A stretch of DNA of 63,942 nucleotides, the filler included, from Dugesia japonica (Eukaryota): assembly GCA_001938525.1 (NCBI GenBank). It is 6 parts of 6 records of this genome, joined end to end, with 100 filler letters (N's around TTAATTAATTAA, not from the genome) between each part and the next. Parts side by side here need not be neighbours in the genome. Positions count along the whole stretch, not along the records: positions 55,746 to 63,942 come from MQRL01493366.1; 5 more parts are not named here. The stretch is one strand, 5' to 3'. The notes under the pieces were generated by a model. The model ran no database searches and had not been told where the DNA came from. It saw nothing but the letters and a program-made list of their open reading frames with translations. The translations under genes and the position numbers were made by a program. The number at the start of each line of letters is the position of its first letter. Position 1 is the stretch's first letter. Below, piece after piece: positions 60,809 to 63,942 of the stretch.

Positions 60809-63412
60809 CAGGAACGGCCAACTTTTGTGTACATAAGATCGACTTTTTATCGTACAAATGCGTCGCGATCGACTTGGGACATTTTTCTTTAGTTCATTGG
60901 ACACTACAGTTCGGAAAATAGACAATAGACATATTATGTTTATATCTACCTACGTAAACAATAAGATAATTATTAAACGGGCCAAACTGTCATATCCCAG
61001 GGTTTTGGAAGAACATGTGTATTTATTAATATAAATCAGCAGATTATAGAAGATAAAACAGATGACATTAATGAGAAGCCTGTGTTTGCATCTTTCTAAC
61101 CAAGAAATCATAATTAGGGGTATAATTGGACAAAGATTCTTCAATATGGGAATCGGTGAGAGCAGAACGTTGTTTAATCTTCGTTAACTTTAAATACAAA
61201 AATGCTTATTCAGAAAGGTATGTTGATCCGAAACAAGAATAAATTTATTCGCTACATTTGGTAATATTGGGATATTTTTCACGGTTAACATATTTCCTAA
61301 AGTCTTCAAATTTTCTGGCTTGTAAGATTAAATCAGTTTGTAAAATTATAATTTCACTTTCTAATTCATTTTGCTCCATATGAAATATATCTCAAATTTT
61401 TTGGCAAATGCGTTTCACACTTAAATCTTTTTTAAAAGGAAAAGATATATATTCAACAATTTCTTTGATTTTTTCAAAATCTTCAATTAATTTTTGGATT
61501 TCTGCGACGTATTTGTAAATATTATAATTATATTTTTATGTTTTCGTAAATGATCTGACATATTTGGAAAATGATTCAGATTATTTTGTTGCAGATCTTC
61601 TATAAGTAATACAAATTTTGTTTTATATGCATCTATGCAGCTGATGATTTCAATTACTGTTTTATTTTTACCTTGTAATTCTAAATTTAAATGACTTAAC
61701 ATTGAAGTAAAATCGGTAAGAAAAGCTAAGTCACTAAGCCAAGTTTCATCATTTAAATTTTCACATTTTTTATCTTGCTCGTTGAAAAATTCTATCATTT
61801 CAGTCAATAAATCACGAAAACGTTGATGAAATTTACCTCTACTTAGCCATCTTACATCGGTATGTAGTAATAATTCAGGTTGGCTCTCATCAAGCTGCAT
61901 TTAGAAGAGACACTATTTAAGGGAATTTCCTCGAATTGAATTAACAATTTTAATTGCTTTGTCAATAACTTCTTTTGTGTTAAGCCACTTGTCGGTGAAT
62001 TATGCAAATGTAACTCAAAAAAGCTGGGAAGTTGTCTTCATTTTGACATAGGGCTATAAATCCATTTATGTGACCTATCATTGCATCTGTGCCTATAATT
62101 TTGTTATTGAAATTAATTTAAAAGTGGTACTTTCATATCATTGAGCAAATTTTTAAAGGCTTTGAATATATCTACGCCTCTAGTTCTTTCTTTCAAAGAA
62201 ATAATTCCTAACAATTCTTAAAAACCATACGAATGAAAACAAGTAATTGTGCTATATCACATATATCTGTCGATTCATCACATTGAAGGTGAAAAACAAA
62301 ACATCTATTAATATCATTATATACTGATATTTTACATCGTCACTCATTTTCTCAATTCGGCACATCACAGTATTTCGAGAGAATTGTAGATCTTCAATAA
62401 TTTCACTCCTGTTTTTAAAATCTCTAAAAAGTGAATCTGATATTTCCAAAAAAGTTTCCTTGAAAAATTCACCCTCGAAAAATGGTTTACATTTTTTTGA
62501 TAAAAAATAGCTAACTTTGAATAATGTAGTAGTTACTGATTGTGACTTCAACATTGACTTTTCAAAAATATTTCGTTGATTTGTTAATTGCGTTTTAAGA
62601 ACCCTAAATTTACGTTTTCTCAATTCGGTATTTTGTGGAAAATCTGTTTGTTATGTAAAGTTAAAAAAATGTCTCTCCAGATTACCTTTTTTACCAATGG
62701 CTATCGAGGTAAGGCATATTTCGCAACAACATTTATCATTTACCATTGTACTTACAAGGTACTTACAAATAAAACAGAAGAAAAATTGAAATTTAACATA
62801 GACACCGTTGATAGATAATATCGATTAATAATTTTTCGATTTTTTTGGTTTACTACTCATGTTTATGGGTATACTAAAATGCAAAATAAAACTTCATGAA
62901 AATTTATTTTCCCTTACTTATCTGAAATGAATTAANNNNNNNNNNNNNNNNNNNNNNNNNNNNNNNNNNNNNNNNNNNNNNNNNNNNNNNNNNNNNNNNN
63001 NNNNNNNAGCTTAGATGTCTGTGCCACAAATTAGTTTAAAGCATAAAGAAAAGGTAGTTAGAATTTAAACATAAGAAAAATTGAAATTTAACGTAGTCAC
63101 CATTGATAGATAATATGGATTATAATAATATTGTTAATACTCAATAAAAGAAGCTATAGTATGGCACTACCAAATATTGCTTTATTCAATATTTATTTAT
63201 TTATTTATTTCAACACACCACTGGCTGTCTTCCTATGAGTCATAACTTCATGCATACTGTTAGCGGATTGCGCGTTACTAGCTAAAAATATTGCGCAATA
63301 TTATTTTCAATAATGATACGACTTAGGGACTTTACCTATTTCACTTGTAACAAGACAGTTTTTGCGCGATCGACCAAAAGTGGCTTCGCGATCGACTTGT
63401 TTGCCGCCCCTG
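60809..63412 (-). mobile_element. Decayed Buster/SPIN (GTF2IRD2-like) hAT transposon inserted in Polinton pPolB
   Basis: TIRs CAGGAACGGCCAAC and rc CAGGGGCGGCAAAC. TSD GTATAGAG / GTATATAG (7/8, central TA), with CGCGATCGAC subterminal repeats. Transposase motifs KPFFEGEFFKE, LQFSRNTV, LLHTDVRWLSRGK and LNLELQGKN. Confidence 0.93.
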
Positions 63413-63456
63413 GTATATAGTGTATGATCTTTATGATAATTTTTGGTATCTAGGAA
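63413..63456 (-). pseudogene. Polinton pPolB upstream piece
   Basis: The minus strand reads FLDTKNYHKDHTLY (pPolB FDTSNYPxDHxLY pattern) and joins the 60808 piece at the TSD. Confidence 0.75.
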
Positions 63457-63942
63457 ACCATCCGATTTCATTTCGAACAAAAGTCGGTTTTTATCAACTC
63501 CACAACAAGCAAGGAAAAAACTGTCATTCCTTGAAGGTGGACCAGAGAAGACGACAGCTGGAAACTACCATCTTTTCTCGTCCTCCATCATCCGAAACTC
63601 TCAGAAGATGTCCTTATTATTCAATTATTTAAGATTCAATTATTACAATTTGTTAAAATCATTAAAATAACAATTATGAAATTATTATGATCTACATCAG
63701 TAAATATCAATTATTAAGTGAAATTTATCAAATTTTCATTTGTAAAATTATTAAAAAACATAATAATGAAAAAAAAATAATGCACAAAATTTTCCGATTA
63801 AAACGTTATACTTACATGTAACCAGGTAACATGAAATAAGATAAAAAATAAAAAACTATATTGAAGATAATCCAACAATTAGTGAATTAGGTAATAACTA
63901 ATTTCCCGAGCTCCGTTTCATTTAAAAATCAATCATTCTATT

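Noticed and set aside
1-63942. tRNA or rRNA genes
   Set aside because: None recognised. The only tRNA-like sequence is the 18-nt PBS at 9519-9536.

Overview
Very AT-rich DNA from an animal draft genome, identified by Six1/2, RIM and RASSF homologues with GT-AG introns (one only 46 nt). The proteins are strongly divergent, and the species cannot be established from the sequence. The window is NOT one locus. Five identical 100-nt spacers (N44-TTAATTAATTAA-N44) join six unrelated scaffolds: 1-9703, 9804-18628, 18729-28431, 28532-43861, 43962-55645 and 55746-63942. Host genes are a RIM/unc-10 C2B-domain gene (+, ~11.4-18.0 kb), a two-exon Six1/2 homeobox gene with a truncated SIX domain (-, 26120-27065) and two exons of a RASSF-type RA-domain gene (-). 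Most of the rest is decayed, often nested mobile DNA: Ty3/gypsy, mariner, Ac-type and Buster-type hAT, piggyBac and Harbinger MITEs, Penelope remnants with minimal hammerhead ribozymes, a Polinton/Maverick DNA polymerase split by two hAT insertions, and a 3.6-kb modular foldback structure. The main candidates for novelty are (i) a gypsy element carrying, between gag and protease, an extra ORF with a Bcl-2 BH2-like motif fused to an envelope-like N-terminus, (ii) a GC-richer cassette of four co-oriented orphan ORFs, three with a splice-acceptor-like site and two with an adjacent polyA signal, and (iii) hammerhead ribozymes, including an intact-looking one antisense in a RIM intron. All protein-family assignments come from motif recognition by eye, with no database searches.
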